Positions 33,188-43,865 are shown, counted from the stretch's first letter. The stretch is DNA of 64,000 nt from Candidatus Latescibacterota bacterium (GCA_965243025.1 CBDETY010000003.1:4224001-4288000); one strand, 5' to 3'. Made by a program: numbers and translations. The notes: generated from the sequence alone by a model not told the origin.

Positions 33188-33826
33188 GCTCGAAGAACAC
33201 CCCCCCTTTGGAGATGGGAAGAATTGCCGCCGGTCCCCCGGATCGGACCGGGCCATCGAGGTGCGCGACCCTTCGGTGGTCCCCTTTGAGGAGATCGAGG
33301 AGGTGGTTTCGATTCGAGTCGGTCCGGGACGTGGTGCAGGAACTCTGCAAGGTGCACCAAGAGTTCTCCCTGGCCGAGTTTCGCTCCCGGTTCCTGCATT
33401 ATTTCAAGGACGCCAGCCTGGAAGCCCAAACCCGGCACCGTATCAGCGACAAAGCCTACGAGGTGGGCCTGCTGGGCCTGCGCAAGATCGGGGACCTGAA
33501 GTTCATGGGCGACGAGGACCCGCCCAAGTGGGGAGATTCCGCAGACTGAAGTGATTGAACGTGAGGTGGGGATGGATCATGGCGGATGGATAAAGTTGGC
33601 CACCCGACTAACAATCCGAACCCGAGAAGGGCAAAGTGCAGCCCCGATATGACAATCATCGAAGCTTCTCGTTTGGCGGAAATCAGGCGGATCCTTACCA
33701 GCTAAAGGATAGGCGCAACGCATTGCACCTACCCCCTGGTCGGCATCTACCGGCTGCGCCAGTGGTTCAGGACGATCTGAATCACCTCCAGCGCGACTTC
33801 CAGCAGAATCGCCAACCATCGTGGCA

Positions 33827-34216
33827 TCATGAGCTATCACCCCCTTCCCGTGGTGGGTCTTTCCGGACGAACTTCCCGGTCTCGTCCCGCACTCTGCGCT
33901 GGGCAGCCCGCTGGGCCGCCCGACTTCTCGGGCTCGGTCCTTCCGGGTCTACACCGTTCTGGATGTCGTTGTCAGGGATACCGGTGGTGTCCCGTGGATC
34001 GGGCTCCGGTTTCATCCCGAAGTCGCGACGGACAACCGACAGCTTGTCCTTCACCTTGGCCTTGATCCATTCGGTGTGGACCTTGTTGAGGGCCAGCTTG
34101 TAGAGGTACACCCCCGCTTCCCTGGCCGCGACCACGGCGACGATTTTGACCACGGGTTTCAGGGAGTTCAGCAGTTTCCGCTGTTCCCCGTTGCCTTTCA
34201 TGGGATTGGGAATCAT
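33827..34216 (-). CDS. Hypothetical protein
   Basis: AAGGAG RBS, coding-like composition, RDETGKFV motif. Confidence 0.5.
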   Translation of the reverse strand: MIPNPMKGNGEQRKLLNSLKPVVKIVAVVAAREAGVYLYKLALNKVHTEWIKAKVKDKLSVVRRDFGMKPEPDPRDTTGIPDNDIQNGVDPEGPSPRSRAAQRAAQRRVRDETGKFVRKDPPREGGDSS

Positions 34217-34234
34217 GATGCTGCTCCTTTCGGG

Positions 34235-34444
34235 TCAAATGTCCTTCGGACGCCCGGGGGTCTTTCCTCCGGCCTCCCGGGACAGCAGTTCGATGAGTTG
34301 CCTTGCCCGGCCTACGGGCAGGATGATTTCGTAGGTGCCGCCTCCCTGGCGGTCGCCTTGAACGGAGATTCCCGGTATCTGAAGTCCCGAAAGGAAGGTG
34401 CATTCCTCTACGGTCTGGATCTCCACCGTGCGATGTTCGACCAT
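34235..34444 (-). CDS. Small hypothetical protein
   Basis: AAAGGA RBS; MVEHRTVEIQTVEEC... Confidence 0.45.
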   Translation of the reverse strand: MVEHRTVEIQTVEECTFLSGLQIPGISVQGDRQGGGTYEIILPVGRARQLIELLSREAGGKTPGRPKDI

Positions 34445-34486
34445 GCGGTTTCCTTTGTTTGAGCGATTTGATGTTGGGGAGAGCAA

Positions 34487-34520
34487 CAAAAAAGCCCCCG
34501 GCCTTCGAAGAGGCGGGGGG
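34487..34520 (-). terminator. Intrinsic terminator after the central transposase
   Basis: GC stem followed by TTTTTT on the minus strand. Confidence 0.55.
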
Positions 34521-34543
34521 AGCGGCGAAGGGCCTGGCTGTTT

Positions 34544-35536
34544 CTATTTGACCAGATCCCGATACAACAGCCGTTTCCCCACCATCCGCGCCACCAGGTC
34601 CTCCATCTGCTCGAGGGTGTCCTTGTCGCGGATGTTGTGCCGGCCGACGAATTCGTCGATGTACCGCTGCAGGTGCTTGGGGGACATGGAGTGATAGGTT
34701 CCCTTGTAGGCTCGCTTGATCATCGACCAGAAGCTTTCGATGCCGTTGGTGTGGGACCCATCGGTTGAGAACTGGCCTTTCGAGTGAATGACGAACTCGG
34801 ATTTTCCCGGCCACTTGAAATCCTTCAAGGCACTGGCCCCGTCGCTGTAGAGGGTGCCGTTTGCTCTCAGGTGCTTCCGGGCGAACGCCCTCAGAATGTC
34901 GGCAGTCTCTCCAGGAACCACGCTCGCGGCGACCTTGCCGGTTTTTCGGTCCTTCATGCCCACCACGATGGTTTTTCCCTCCATCCACCGTTCCCGCAGC
35001 CTCTTGTCGGCGTGCTTGTTGGCCTCCTTTCCGCCAAAATAGGCCTGGTCGATCTCGCCTCTCCTGCTTGAGAGCTTCTCCTGGTCCGACCAGGCCTCGC
35101 GGATGCGGTGGCCCATGAACCAGGCCGTTGCATGCGTTACCTGGAGGTCCCGGTGCAGCTTCATGCTGGACACGCCCTTGAGGCTGGACAGGTGCAGGTA
35201 GATGGCGATGACCCATTTCTGCAGGGGGACCTTGGAGTGGGACAGCACCGTTCCGGTGCGAACGCTGAAGCGCTTTCGGCAGTCCCCGCACCAGTAGGGC
35301 ATGGATTGTCGGTCGGGACATTCCGATATCATGCCGTAACAGCCGCAGTGCGGGCAGTGGATCTGCTTGCTCCACCGGGTTTCTTCGAACCAGCGTTCGG
35401 CCGCGATGTCGTCGGGGAACCTGGCGAACAGCTCGATCAGGGACAGGCCGTTCCGGTCGTTCCTTCCCGGCCCTTCGGGGACGAGCCCCCTGCCGGCCTT
35501 CGACCAGCGGCCCAGGAATCGTTTCAGTCTTTTCAT
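34544..35536 (-). CDS. IS1595-family transposase (central, divergent copy)
   Basis: CPHCG..WCGDC, EIDQAYFGG, LYSDG, HTNGIESFW, MSPKHLQRYIDEF; AAGGA RBS. Confidence 0.9.
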   Translation of the reverse strand: MKRLKRFLGRWSKAGRGLVPEGPGRNDRNGLSLIELFARFPDDIAAERWFEETRWSKQIHCPHCGCYGMISECPDRQSMPYWCGDCRKRFSVRTGTVLSHSKVPLQKWVIAIYLHLSSLKGVSSMKLHRDLQVTHATAWFMGHRIREAWSDQEKLSSRRGEIDQAYFGGKEANKHADKRLRERWMEGKTIVVGMKDRKTGKVAASVVPGETADILRAFARKHLRANGTLYSDGASALKDFKWPGKSEFVIHSKGQFSTDGSHTNGIESFWSMIKRAYKGTYHSMSPKHLQRYIDEFVGRHNIRDKDTLEQMEDLVARMVGKRLLYRDLVK

Positions 35537-36055
35537 GGTTTCCTTTCTGGTGAGAAGGGGAGGAGCGGGTTGTCGGGACCGATCCCCCCGCGCAGGCCGT
35601 TCCGTGACCCCATGGCAGGTTGAAAACGGCTGCAACGGGTACCCCCGCTGCCTCCCCACTGCCTTATTCAATTATATATATAGAGTCTCAAGCCCTTTCA
35701 TGGATCGAACCGCCCCGAGGCCCATGCACTGTCCGGCCTGCCGAGGTAAACCGTATGCAAGGTCGATGTCGTCTGTGGAAAGGCGCCGCCCGCGGCTTGG
35801 CCTGATCCCCAAAAACCTCTGGGAGGCCGGATTTCGGTGTCCACCTCTGTCCGTCCGTACCCGGTTCGATTCTGCCTGGCTGGATGCCCTCGCTTCCGAG
35901 CGCACGGCACGGGTGAGCCGCGATTCGACGCCTCCTGCGCGTCGGCAGTTCCTACGGGATCGACATGGACCGGGTTCTTCGGCAAGGGCAGACGATACGG
36001 CCTGACCGACCCCGGCCACGACCCTTCCGGTACCCGGACGGGAGAGGACTCAGAA

Positions 36056-36493
36056 TCAGAGAATCCCGAGCTCCTTCATGGACACGCTTTCGCCAGCAGG
36101 AGCGACGACGACATGATCGAGCACCTGAATCCCCATAAGGCCACCTGCCTCGACAAGACGGTGGGTGAGATCGATGTCTTCCTTGGATGGGGCCGGATCT
36201 CCGGAGGGGTGGTTATGGGCCAGTATGATGCTGGTGGCTCCCTTCAGGATCGCTGCCTTGAACACCTCTCGGGGATGGACCAGAGAAGCGTTCTGGCTGC
36301 CGATGGAGGTCGTCTCATGCGCGACTACGCGATTGCGCGTGTCGAGGTGGAGGACGACGAACACCTCCCGGTCGGCTGAGACTATGTCGAGGGTATCCAG
36401 GTAGGCGAGCACCTCGTTGGGACTGGTGAGCGGCTCGGAGCATACGTCCTGCCAGATTTGCCGCACCTTGCGTTCTACGACTTCGAGTTTCAT
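36056..36493 (-). CDS. radC: RadC-like JAB domain protein
   Basis: REVFVVLHLD, VHPREVFK, AHNHPSGDPAPSKED, LDHVVV. Confidence 0.88.
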   Translation of the reverse strand: MKLEVVERKVRQIWQDVCSEPLTSPNEVLAYLDTLDIVSADREVFVVLHLDTRNRVVAHETTSIGSQNASLVHPREVFKAAILKGATSIILAHNHPSGDPAPSKEDIDLTHRLVEAGGLMGIQVLDHVVVAPAGESVSMKELGIL

Positions 36494-36832
36494 CGGGTTC
36501 CTTTCATTATATAGAAGGCTACTCTGACTGATTGAGGGGGTGTGGGGCGCTTCGGCAGCCAGTGTGACGAGCCGGCTGCACTCGTTTCGACCCTCCTTCC
36601 CCCAGCCCGGGAGTCGAAGCCGGGTGGGGGGGGACATCGGAGAACGGTTTTCAGGACGGAGGAACCGGCGAAGGATTCAGGCCGAGGACTGTTTCGGAAG
36701 CATCCTCAGCCGGCAAGGATCAGATGATTTCGAGTTGATCAGGCGGGGTCCAACCACCCGGCTGGAGGCAAACTCTCCGAATTATCCAGGCAGGTGCCCC
36801 CTGACCGCTTCGATCAGACAGGGAGCCCCGGA

Positions 36833-37144
36833 CTACCGCACCGGAACCAGCGAGGATACCAGATCGTTATACACCTGAAGGAGGGCCTCTTTCGCCCTGG
36901 CCTGTGCCTCGTCGGAGCTGATTTCGGGGGCATCATGGTACACCAGCATCGTCAGCTTTTCCTGGCGCGGATAGATTTCGAAGTCGAAAGAGGGTCCCGG
37001 CTGAAGCGGCGGCTGGTAGAGGACCAGGACCACCTCCACCTCGGTAACGTACTTCCCTGCCGGCGGGGCGAAGATGCCGTCTGCGAATCGGTTGGGGTTC
37101 ACCCTCTCCGTCTGGCCCGGGAGGGCACGGATTCGTTCGGTCAT
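36833..37144 (-). CDS. Hypothetical protein
   Basis: AAGGA RBS; MTERIRALPGQ...; divergent from the SWIB-DnaJ gene. Confidence 0.45.
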   Translation of the reverse strand: MTERIRALPGQTERVNPNRFADGIFAPPAGKYVTEVEVVLVLYQPPLQPGPSFDFEIYPRQEKLTMLVYHDAPEISSDEAQARAKEALLQVYNDLVSSLVPVR

Positions 37145-37174
37145 GGCAAGTCCTTTTCTTTGAAGGGGGAGATT

Positions 37175-37771
37175 TTGGAGCGGCTGCTGCAGCCGTCTGA
37201 AGAACTGGCTGCCTTGGTCGGGCACGAGCCGATGTCACAGGCTCAGGTCGTCCAAGAACTGTGGGGTTACATCCGGGAGAACGGGTTGCAGGACCCGGGG
37301 AATCCGCGAAGGATCAAGGCCGACGACCATCTCGGGAGGATCTTCGCGGGCAAGGATCGGGCGACCCTTGTGGAGTTGGCCAAGCGGGTCAGCAGACACC
37401 TGATGGCCGGCGCTCAAGGCGAACAGGCAGAGGAGGAAGTGCTCTGGAGGGAGTTCGAAAAGGAGATGCTGGCGTCGTGTTTCGAGACGCTGGGATGCTC
37501 GCCGGAAAGGTCCGACGAGGACCTGAAACGGGAATTCAGGGAGCTATGCCAGGAATATCATCCGGACAGGCTGGCCGGCGAGGAGATTCCCGCGGGTATC
37601 ATCAGGCTGGCGGAGGAAAGGTTTCAGGAGATTCAGAGCGCGTACGAAGTCGTGGTGAAATCCCGGACCCAATCCTCGTCCGCCCCTACCCGTCTCTGGA
37701 CCCTGGGAGAGCTTTTGAAACTAGCGGATCCCCCGGCATCTTGCGAACCTGAAGGAGGGATGGCCCGATGA
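37175..37771 (+). CDS. SWIB/MDM2-domain plus DnaJ-domain protein
   Basis: PSEELAALVG..VVQELWGYIRENGLQDP..IKADDHL (SWIB), then LGCS..EYHPDRL..EERFQEIQSAYE (J domain); TTG start after GGGGGAG. Confidence 0.78.
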   Translation: MERLLQPSEELAALVGHEPMSQAQVVQELWGYIRENGLQDPGNPRRIKADDHLGRIFAGKDRATLVELAKRVSRHLMAGAQGEQAEEEVLWREFEKEMLASCFETLGCSPERSDEDLKREFRELCQEYHPDRLAGEEIPAGIIRLAEERFQEIQSAYEVVVKSRTQSSSAPTRLWTLGELLKLADPPASCEPEGGMAR

Positions 37772-37860
37772 GAAGGTTCCTTTTGGCCGCTCTGGTTGCC
37801 GTGGTGGTGGCCTTTGCTCTTACGATGCTGCGAGTGATTCCATAAGGGTGTTCCATGTGG

Positions 37861-38133
37861 TCATCCTTTCTTCACCGCCATTTTCCTGATCTCCTCCAGG
37901 GCGGTGTCCAGATACGGATCCATGATACCCTCGGATTCTCCGAACAACTCCAGCAGTGCGAAGGTGAGGCATATAGCCTGCACTGCCGACACCGGGAGGG
38001 CGATCCCCCCCATCTCGGGGTGCCGGAAGAAGATGGCAATACAGGCTGGATCTACGTCCGCCATCAGGTGAACCTTCTCGAAGGCCACGTCCTGATATAC
38101 GGATTCGATTTTGCTTCTCGTTTTCTGGTTCAT
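37861..38133 (-). CDS. Hypothetical protein
   Basis: ATGA-coupled to the upstream ORF, AAGGA RBS. Confidence 0.5.
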   Translation of the reverse strand: MNQKTRSKIESVYQDVAFEKVHLMADVDPACIAIFFRHPEMGGIALPVSAVQAICLTFALLELFGESEGIMDPYLDTALEEIRKMAVKKG

Positions 38134-38327
38134 GGACTGTTCCTTTCCCGGAAAAGGGTCTTGACCTCGGACAGACGGAACACGAGCTCGCGAACTTCCC
38201 CTCCGTGCTTCTGGCGGTGTGCGGTTGCTTCGGGAAGGGTTTCGAACCGGTCAACCTTCTTGTCCTTGATCACGGCATATCGGCGGATGACCCACCGTGG
38301 TAGATCACTTCGTCGGACATGGGGCAT
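38130..38327 (-). CDS. Small hypothetical protein
   Basis: AAGGAG RBS; MPHVRRSDLPRW... Confidence 0.5.
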   Translation of the reverse strand: MPHVRRSDLPRWVIRRYAVIKDKKVDRFETLPEATAHRQKHGGEVRELVFRLSEVKTLFRERNSP

Positions 38328-39336
38328 TCTCCTTTGTCGGTGGGTCACCGACAGTTCATTTGAAGGGGTCGTTTTGTCGATGGGAGCATGGAGCCAGGCT
38401 GAAAAGCTGATCCGGGAGGGTGCCGGGATGATGGGGCGGCTGGCTCAATTCATAAGGGTTTTCTCGCCCGTCCGCTTCTCTCCAACCCTGCATGTGCTTT
38501 GAAGTCGAGCCGGAAAAACCGATGGGCTGTCTGCAGCCGCAATCGCGATTACCTTTCCTCGATCTGTGTGGGAGGAGAAACGGGAATGGGGGAATTCGGG
38601 TGCCGAAGCCCGAAGGAACGGAATCGACCCGGTGCCCCGCGATCACCCCGGGTACGTCTACATGCGGGACGCGGGCGACGGATGGGTCGGTGAGTGATCG
38701 AAAGCAGAAGTCAGTTCGGCGGGGGGGATGGAGGGGAGTTGGAAACCGTGATTCGAAACCGCTGAAGCGCGCAGGGGCAGATCCTGCAGGGAATGGGGAT
38801 AAATCCATTCCACTATCAGGTATACCAGATTTTCGGCGAAATCGAGCCTTTTGGTCCGGCATCCCCCCGTCGCAGCAGCAAGAAGGGACTTTTTAGCCGG
38901 TCGTTCTCACCCCAGTTCGGCTGTCCTACGGAGGTAAATAACCCAATTTGGGTTAAATCATACCTCCTTGAGATCCAGAGATCCTCTACCGGAGGAACCT
39001 CCTCGATCTTGTGGGACGACAGCGGAAACGAGTGGATTGCGTGTGCTCAGGCCAGAAGGCACGGAATCGCCCCGGTATACCCCGCGATCATCCGTCTACG
39101 TCTGCATGCACAACGGAGACGGGGGCGGTTGGGTCTGGGAGTGAACAGGAACAGCCTGTAGTAGAACGGTGAGAAGATCAGCGGCAGAGGGAACCGAAGC
39201 CGGGTCTTGACGAATCGGCAAAATGCGGGAGTGCTTTTTCCGGCTCAAGAGGACTACGCTCGGGGCATAGCTCAATAGACGGACAAGAGGCTCCAGCCCA
39301 TTGCCTCCCAGCCTGCTCGATTCCCCCTGCCACGAA

Positions 39337-39492
39337 CTATCCGTCATCATCGTCGGCAGATCTCTTTTCCTCTCCGGGGTCTTCCTTCTCGCTGCAGGGG
39401 ATGCAGATGTGCTCGCCGGGGGTGGGCATCCAGAACAGGTGCCAGGGCCTGATTTCCTGGCCGCATACGCAGCAGACCGGCTTGAAAACCAT
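39337..39492 (-). CDS. Small Zn-finger protein (51 aa; not in the ORF track)
   Basis: MVFKPVCCVCGQEIRPWHLFWMPTPGEHICIPCSE...; abuts the upstream stop. Confidence 0.5.
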   Translation of the reverse strand: MVFKPVCCVCGQEIRPWHLFWMPTPGEHICIPCSEKEDPGEEKRSADDDDG

Positions 39493-39723
39493 TTACTCCC
39501 TCGTGTCCCGGATTCGGCCCTCCTCGTCCACGAAGATCCGGAAGGGGGAAGCCACCATTTTTCGGGAGGACTTGGTAAGGCCGTGCACGCACTCGATGCA
39601 GATATCCAACTTCCTCCCCTCGGCCATCATGCTGGCCGTTCCGACCTTGAGTTGGCCGCGTAAATCGTCTTCGGATACGACCCCGTTGCAGATATCACAG
39701 ATTGTGGTGGCCATTTCGAGCAT
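39493..39723 (-). CDS. Small Zn-finger protein
   Basis: CDICNG...DICIEC; AAGGAG RBS. Confidence 0.55.
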   Translation of the reverse strand: MLEMATTICDICNGVVSEDDLRGQLKVGTASMMAEGRKLDICIECVHGLTKSSRKMVASPFRIFVDEEGRIRDTRE

Positions 39724-39943
39724 TCTCCTTTCCGGGTGGATTGAATGCCTTGTAGGACAGGATCAAGCCCCGTTCCTGGTGGTGGATGATGGCTCCCATG
39801 AGCCGGAGATACCTTTCCGGCATGGTTCGCTTTCCCTTCTCCCACAGGCACACCTCGGCCTCACTGACGCCCAGGGCGAGGCCCAGCTCCCATTGCTTCA
39901 TGCCCAGGGCGTCTCTGGCCCTTTTCAGCTGATCCTGCTTCAT
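39695..39943 (-). CDS. XRE-family HTH regulator
   Basis: LKRARDALGMKQWELGLALGVSEAEVCLWEKGKRTMP. Confidence 0.8.
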   Translation of the reverse strand: MKQDQLKRARDALGMKQWELGLALGVSEAEVCLWEKGKRTMPERYLRLMGAIIHHQERGLILSYKAFNPPGKENARNGHHNL

Positions 39944-40650
39944 CTTTATTCTCTCCATTTGGGGGGGTTGACTGTCGGTGGTCACCGGCAGAAAGGCACA
40001 GACTGGCCCTGAACCGGGCTTGAAACGGAAAGCCGGCAGCAGGGTGTTGAGAGGGTATTCGGGTTCCCGGTGAAGCCGGGATTGGAGGGAGAAACCCGCG
40101 ACGGAATTCAGCGAGCCGGTAGCCGGAGCTACCTCCGCTCTCACTACCTTCCCGTTATCTGCAAAAAGGGATCAGAAGGGACTCAGCGTGGTACGAATTC
40201 GGCAACCTTCGCGGCGTCGGTGTATAACTGAACTGAGTGATGAAAACCTGGAATCGCAACTGATTCGGTTGCAGTCCCTCGGGTCGTTGAAGCGGGCAGT
40301 CGCAGGTCCTCCAGGGCAGGAGTAAATCTTCCTCTATAAGGTTATACCAGTTTTTTTCGAAAATCGCGCTTTTGGTCAGGCATTCTACCGTAATGTTCCT
40401 CACCGCGGTCCTTCTCGGAATGCTGGCCATCGGCTACCTTGTAGTCGCCATTGTGATGATGTATGTCTGCACCGTCGTATTCCCGGAGAATCCGGCATCA
40501 CTCATCCTAAATCGTATTTTGCGTAGATAGGGGCGGGAAGAGCCATGTATGGCTTTGCTGCCACGATGGGTTTCCCTTTCCCAAATGGTCCGCGAGGCCG
40601 TCAGCCTGCCACAAACCGGGCAACGTAACAACCGCAACGGATGCGTAACG

Positions 40651-40974
40651 ATGGAAAAGCCGAAAGGCCGGCTGGCCAAACACACCCTCTTCACGACCCT
40701 TTTTTCGTTCTGGATCACCGGTTTCCTCGCCGGACTCATCTTCCAGACCACCCCGGGCGACATGGCGGTCCTTCTGATCCTTGGGAGCTTCGCTATCCCG
40801 ACCATCGTATCGCTTCCGATCTACGGGATCCTGGTGCGCAAGACACCGAACAGGGTCTTGGTCGTGGAGAACAAGTGGGATCTGCGAAATGTTGGGGCCG
40901 TGGCCTCCCTGAGCAATATCCTGATCACCTTCGGGCTGACGGTGTTCATCTACTGGAAGCTGTTTGGAGGGTGA
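40651..40974 (+). CDS. Small membrane protein (3 TM)
   Basis: Three hydrophobic segments. Confidence 0.55.
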   Translation: MEKPKGRLAKHTLFTTLFSFWITGFLAGLIFQTTPGDMAVLLILGSFAIPTIVSLPIYGILVRKTPNRVLVVENKWDLRNVGAVASLSNILITFGLTVFIYWKLFGG

Positions 40975-41391
40975 TCCCCAGATGAGGTTAAACCAGGTCC
41001 GCCTTCCCTTGTCGGCTACTTCTCAACCGCTGGGGATCAGACACCGGATGGCTTCGATGGGCCTCCCATCTCGACCCGAGGGGGGCTTTTTTCCCGATCC
41101 ACGGGGCCGATTCCAGGGAGGTGTTTTCCTGCTTCGGTGTCCGGATAGCCTGTGCTGCTTCGCCTGAGATCGGGGACGGTGCCAGACCGGGAAGAAAGCA
41201 TGAAGGATCGCTTCGTCCCCAAAGCCCTTTCCGTCGAGAAACAGCGCCATCAGGTCGATGCTTGCAGAAATTTCGGCCAGCTTGCGGGATACCCTCGCAA
41301 AAGACCTCGCATTTCGCGTAGCGGCCTCCTCGACGCGCGGTTCCTGAAATCTCCCGGATAACCCGGCGATTGCATCTTCGCCGACTTGACC

Positions 41392-41999
41392 TCGCAGCGC
41401 GACCCCGTTTTCGCCGATTGCCGGGAACAGACCTTTCCGGGGGATAGCCTTCTCCCCTGCCACGAATGGGGGGGACCCCTGACGTACCGGCGGGATCCGG
41501 TGGCGTGACGAGGTCAGGCTCGCTCTCCGCCTCCACCTCCTCTGTGGAGGGGTGGACATCCCGCTGCCCGCTGCCTCCATTCAGTATTCTCCGCAGGAGA
41601 ATACCCCCTTTTTTCGCAGCGTAGTCCTGCAAGGACCGTGCCAGGGGGCACTCACGGCCTGCCGGTTCGCCAGGCTTTCAGGGAAGGGATACCCCTCGCC
41701 TCGTAGTTCCGGGCAGCCAGCACCCTCGACACCCTGTTCCCTGAATCCCCCAGGAACACCGATCCCGGACTGAGACCCCCTCCTCGTTCAGAAGCCGGGG
41801 GGCTCCGATCCACCGTGCCGATTTCCCAAGGGGGTGTGCAAAGGCAACGAGAGGATCCCTCCCGAATCGTCGGCTTCTGTATTCACTACGCTACGGGAAA
41901 ATACCCTCTTCCCAGCGTCGACCCTCAGGGGAGCTCACGGCCTGCCGGTTCGCCAGCTTGCGGGATACCCTCGCCTCGTAGTTCCGCAGTTGCACCTCG
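41392..41999 (-). repeat. Inner inverted-repeat arm (right copy, uninterrupted)
   Basis: Reverse complement of 12991-15100 minus the IS21. Confidence 0.88.
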
Positions 42000-42621
42000 C
42001 CGCTCAGTTTCTGAATCTCCCAGGCACCCCGATCCGGACTGAGATCCCTCCTCGATCAGAAGCCGGGGGCCTACGATCCACGGTGGCTCTTCGGTCTACT
42101 TATTTGCGGCCCCTTGCGGCTTCGAAGGGGGCTGGACCAGACCCTCTTCATACCCTGATTCAAGGAGGTTAAATTACCCAATTTGGGTAAAATCAGAGCT
42201 CTTTGAGGTCCAGATCCATCGATGAGACGTGCTTCTGGCGATGCCGGCAGACTCCAGCCGTTTCGCAGGCCGTGTCCCCGGAAGATACGTCTGCCCTCTC
42301 TCTGATCGTCTTCGCGCCGAAATTACACCGCTGAGTATCTGCTGGAGGGACTGCCCCTGCGGTATTGGAGTTCGTCAGGTCCGGGCTCGGCCTGTGCAGC
42401 CCCACTCGTTCACCGTCCTTACCCTCCAACTCCGCCTGACCTGAGGGCATCCTTCAGCGTAATCGCATCCCCCCGGTAGCTGTCCTTCTTCACCGGCAGA
42501 CCCTGGAGCCCGGGTCGGGTCCTGAAGCCCCCGATTTCCACTACCGGGTGACTGTAAATCACGGATTCTCCCATCCTACTCAAGTACGGCGTCGGCCTCG
42601 TCGGCCGGCGCCTGATCAAAC

Positions 42622-43672
42622 TCATTCGACACCGAAATGCACGCTAGCTCGTCCGGGAACCGGAATCCGTTCTCGCTTTGCCATGGATAGGACAATCCTA
42701 CCACAGAGCGTCAATGCCTCTTGACCCAAGGCGTGAAGCTCGGATTCCTCCAAATGTTCGCCCCGCTGCTCGCCGCCGTCCTTCCTTCCACCGTGGAACA
42801 AGCGGCTCCGCTTCCCGTACAGGGCGTCCCAATCCGGCCACAAGTCCGACAGGTCATTTGAATCAAGCATCTTCCGTATCCGCTGACGGATGCTCTCGCG
42901 TTGTATTCCGCGAATCGCCTTGGCGACCTGGCCGACCTCTTCGCCGTCGCGATGCGTGCGCTCAAGCCAAGCGGCGGCACTTTCGATCAGTCCCTTCTGT
43001 GCGTCCGTCCACGGCGGATCGGTCGCCAACCCTTCGACGGTGGAAACCGCTATCACGATCTTCATGATCGGGTCGGTATTCATCTCGGCCAAATTCAGCA
43101 CCCTCACCGCCCGCCGAATCGAGGGGGAAATCGCCCGCGGGCTCATCGCTCTTCGGCAACGCGTCCTGAAGAGCCTGCACGAAATCACCGGCATTCGAGC
43201 ATACCGACCCCGTCGCCCGCCCCAGGCGAACGAACACCGTCTTCTCGTCGTCCGGCAGGACCTGGAGGCCATGGATGTCGGATCCGAGTCGTGTATCGGG
43301 ATCCAGGGCACCGGTTTCTCGCAAGAACTCCGGATTGACCCATGAGACCGTGCGGTCTTCGCCCGGGTCGCCCGCGTCGACACCCACTCGGGCGCACAAC
43401 CCGGCCATATGGGCGGCTCGCCGGAGCTTCTCGCCGAAATCCCGTGCCTCGTCTTCGGCCTCGAATCCGCGACATCCGATCAACAACCATGACGCCTCTT
43501 TGAGCGGTTGCGACCTACTTTCGGACTCGATCACGACTTCCCTGCCGGCCACCGATGCCGTCAGGGCAGCTTCTTCCGTTCCCAGCGTCGTACCCACCCG
43601 AAGCTTCAACCAGAGGCGATAGCCCGTACTACTCTCCACTGAATCAGCCTCCTCTTCATTCTGTTGGCCCAC
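42622..43672 (-). pseudogene. HEPN-like protein, frameshifted near 43125
   Basis: Two overlapping coding-like frames; C-terminal LYGKRSRLFHGG (RxxxxH). Confidence 0.6.
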
Positions 43673-43699
43673 CGTTGACGGGTTAAGCCTAACGCGAAG

Positions 43700-43865
43700 C
43701 CGCTACAGAATGTAGTCGTTCCATGCCTGTAGCACTTGCTTGCGGCGCGCCATCAGGTCGATTGTTGCAGAAGTTCGGCCATGCTTGCGGATTCTCGGCG
43801 CAGGCCCTTCGCAGTTCCGCTCCTCCTTCTTCAGCACCCGCAGCGGGTTTTCGGACATCGGCACC
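43700..43865 (-). pseudogene. Possible tyrosine-integrase C-terminal remnant
   Basis: DLMARRKQVLQAWNDY resembles the C-terminal helix of P4-type integrases; no catalytic core visible. Confidence 0.35.

Noticed and set aside
34495-34520. CCCCCGGCCTTCG as a fourth CRISPR repeat
   Set aside because: Lacks the GTCGCCGG start and GTTGAGC end; better explained as the transposase terminator
38935-38958. dif/Xer site
   Set aside because: The right arm resembles TTATGTTAAAT but the central spacer is 1 bp, not 6-8
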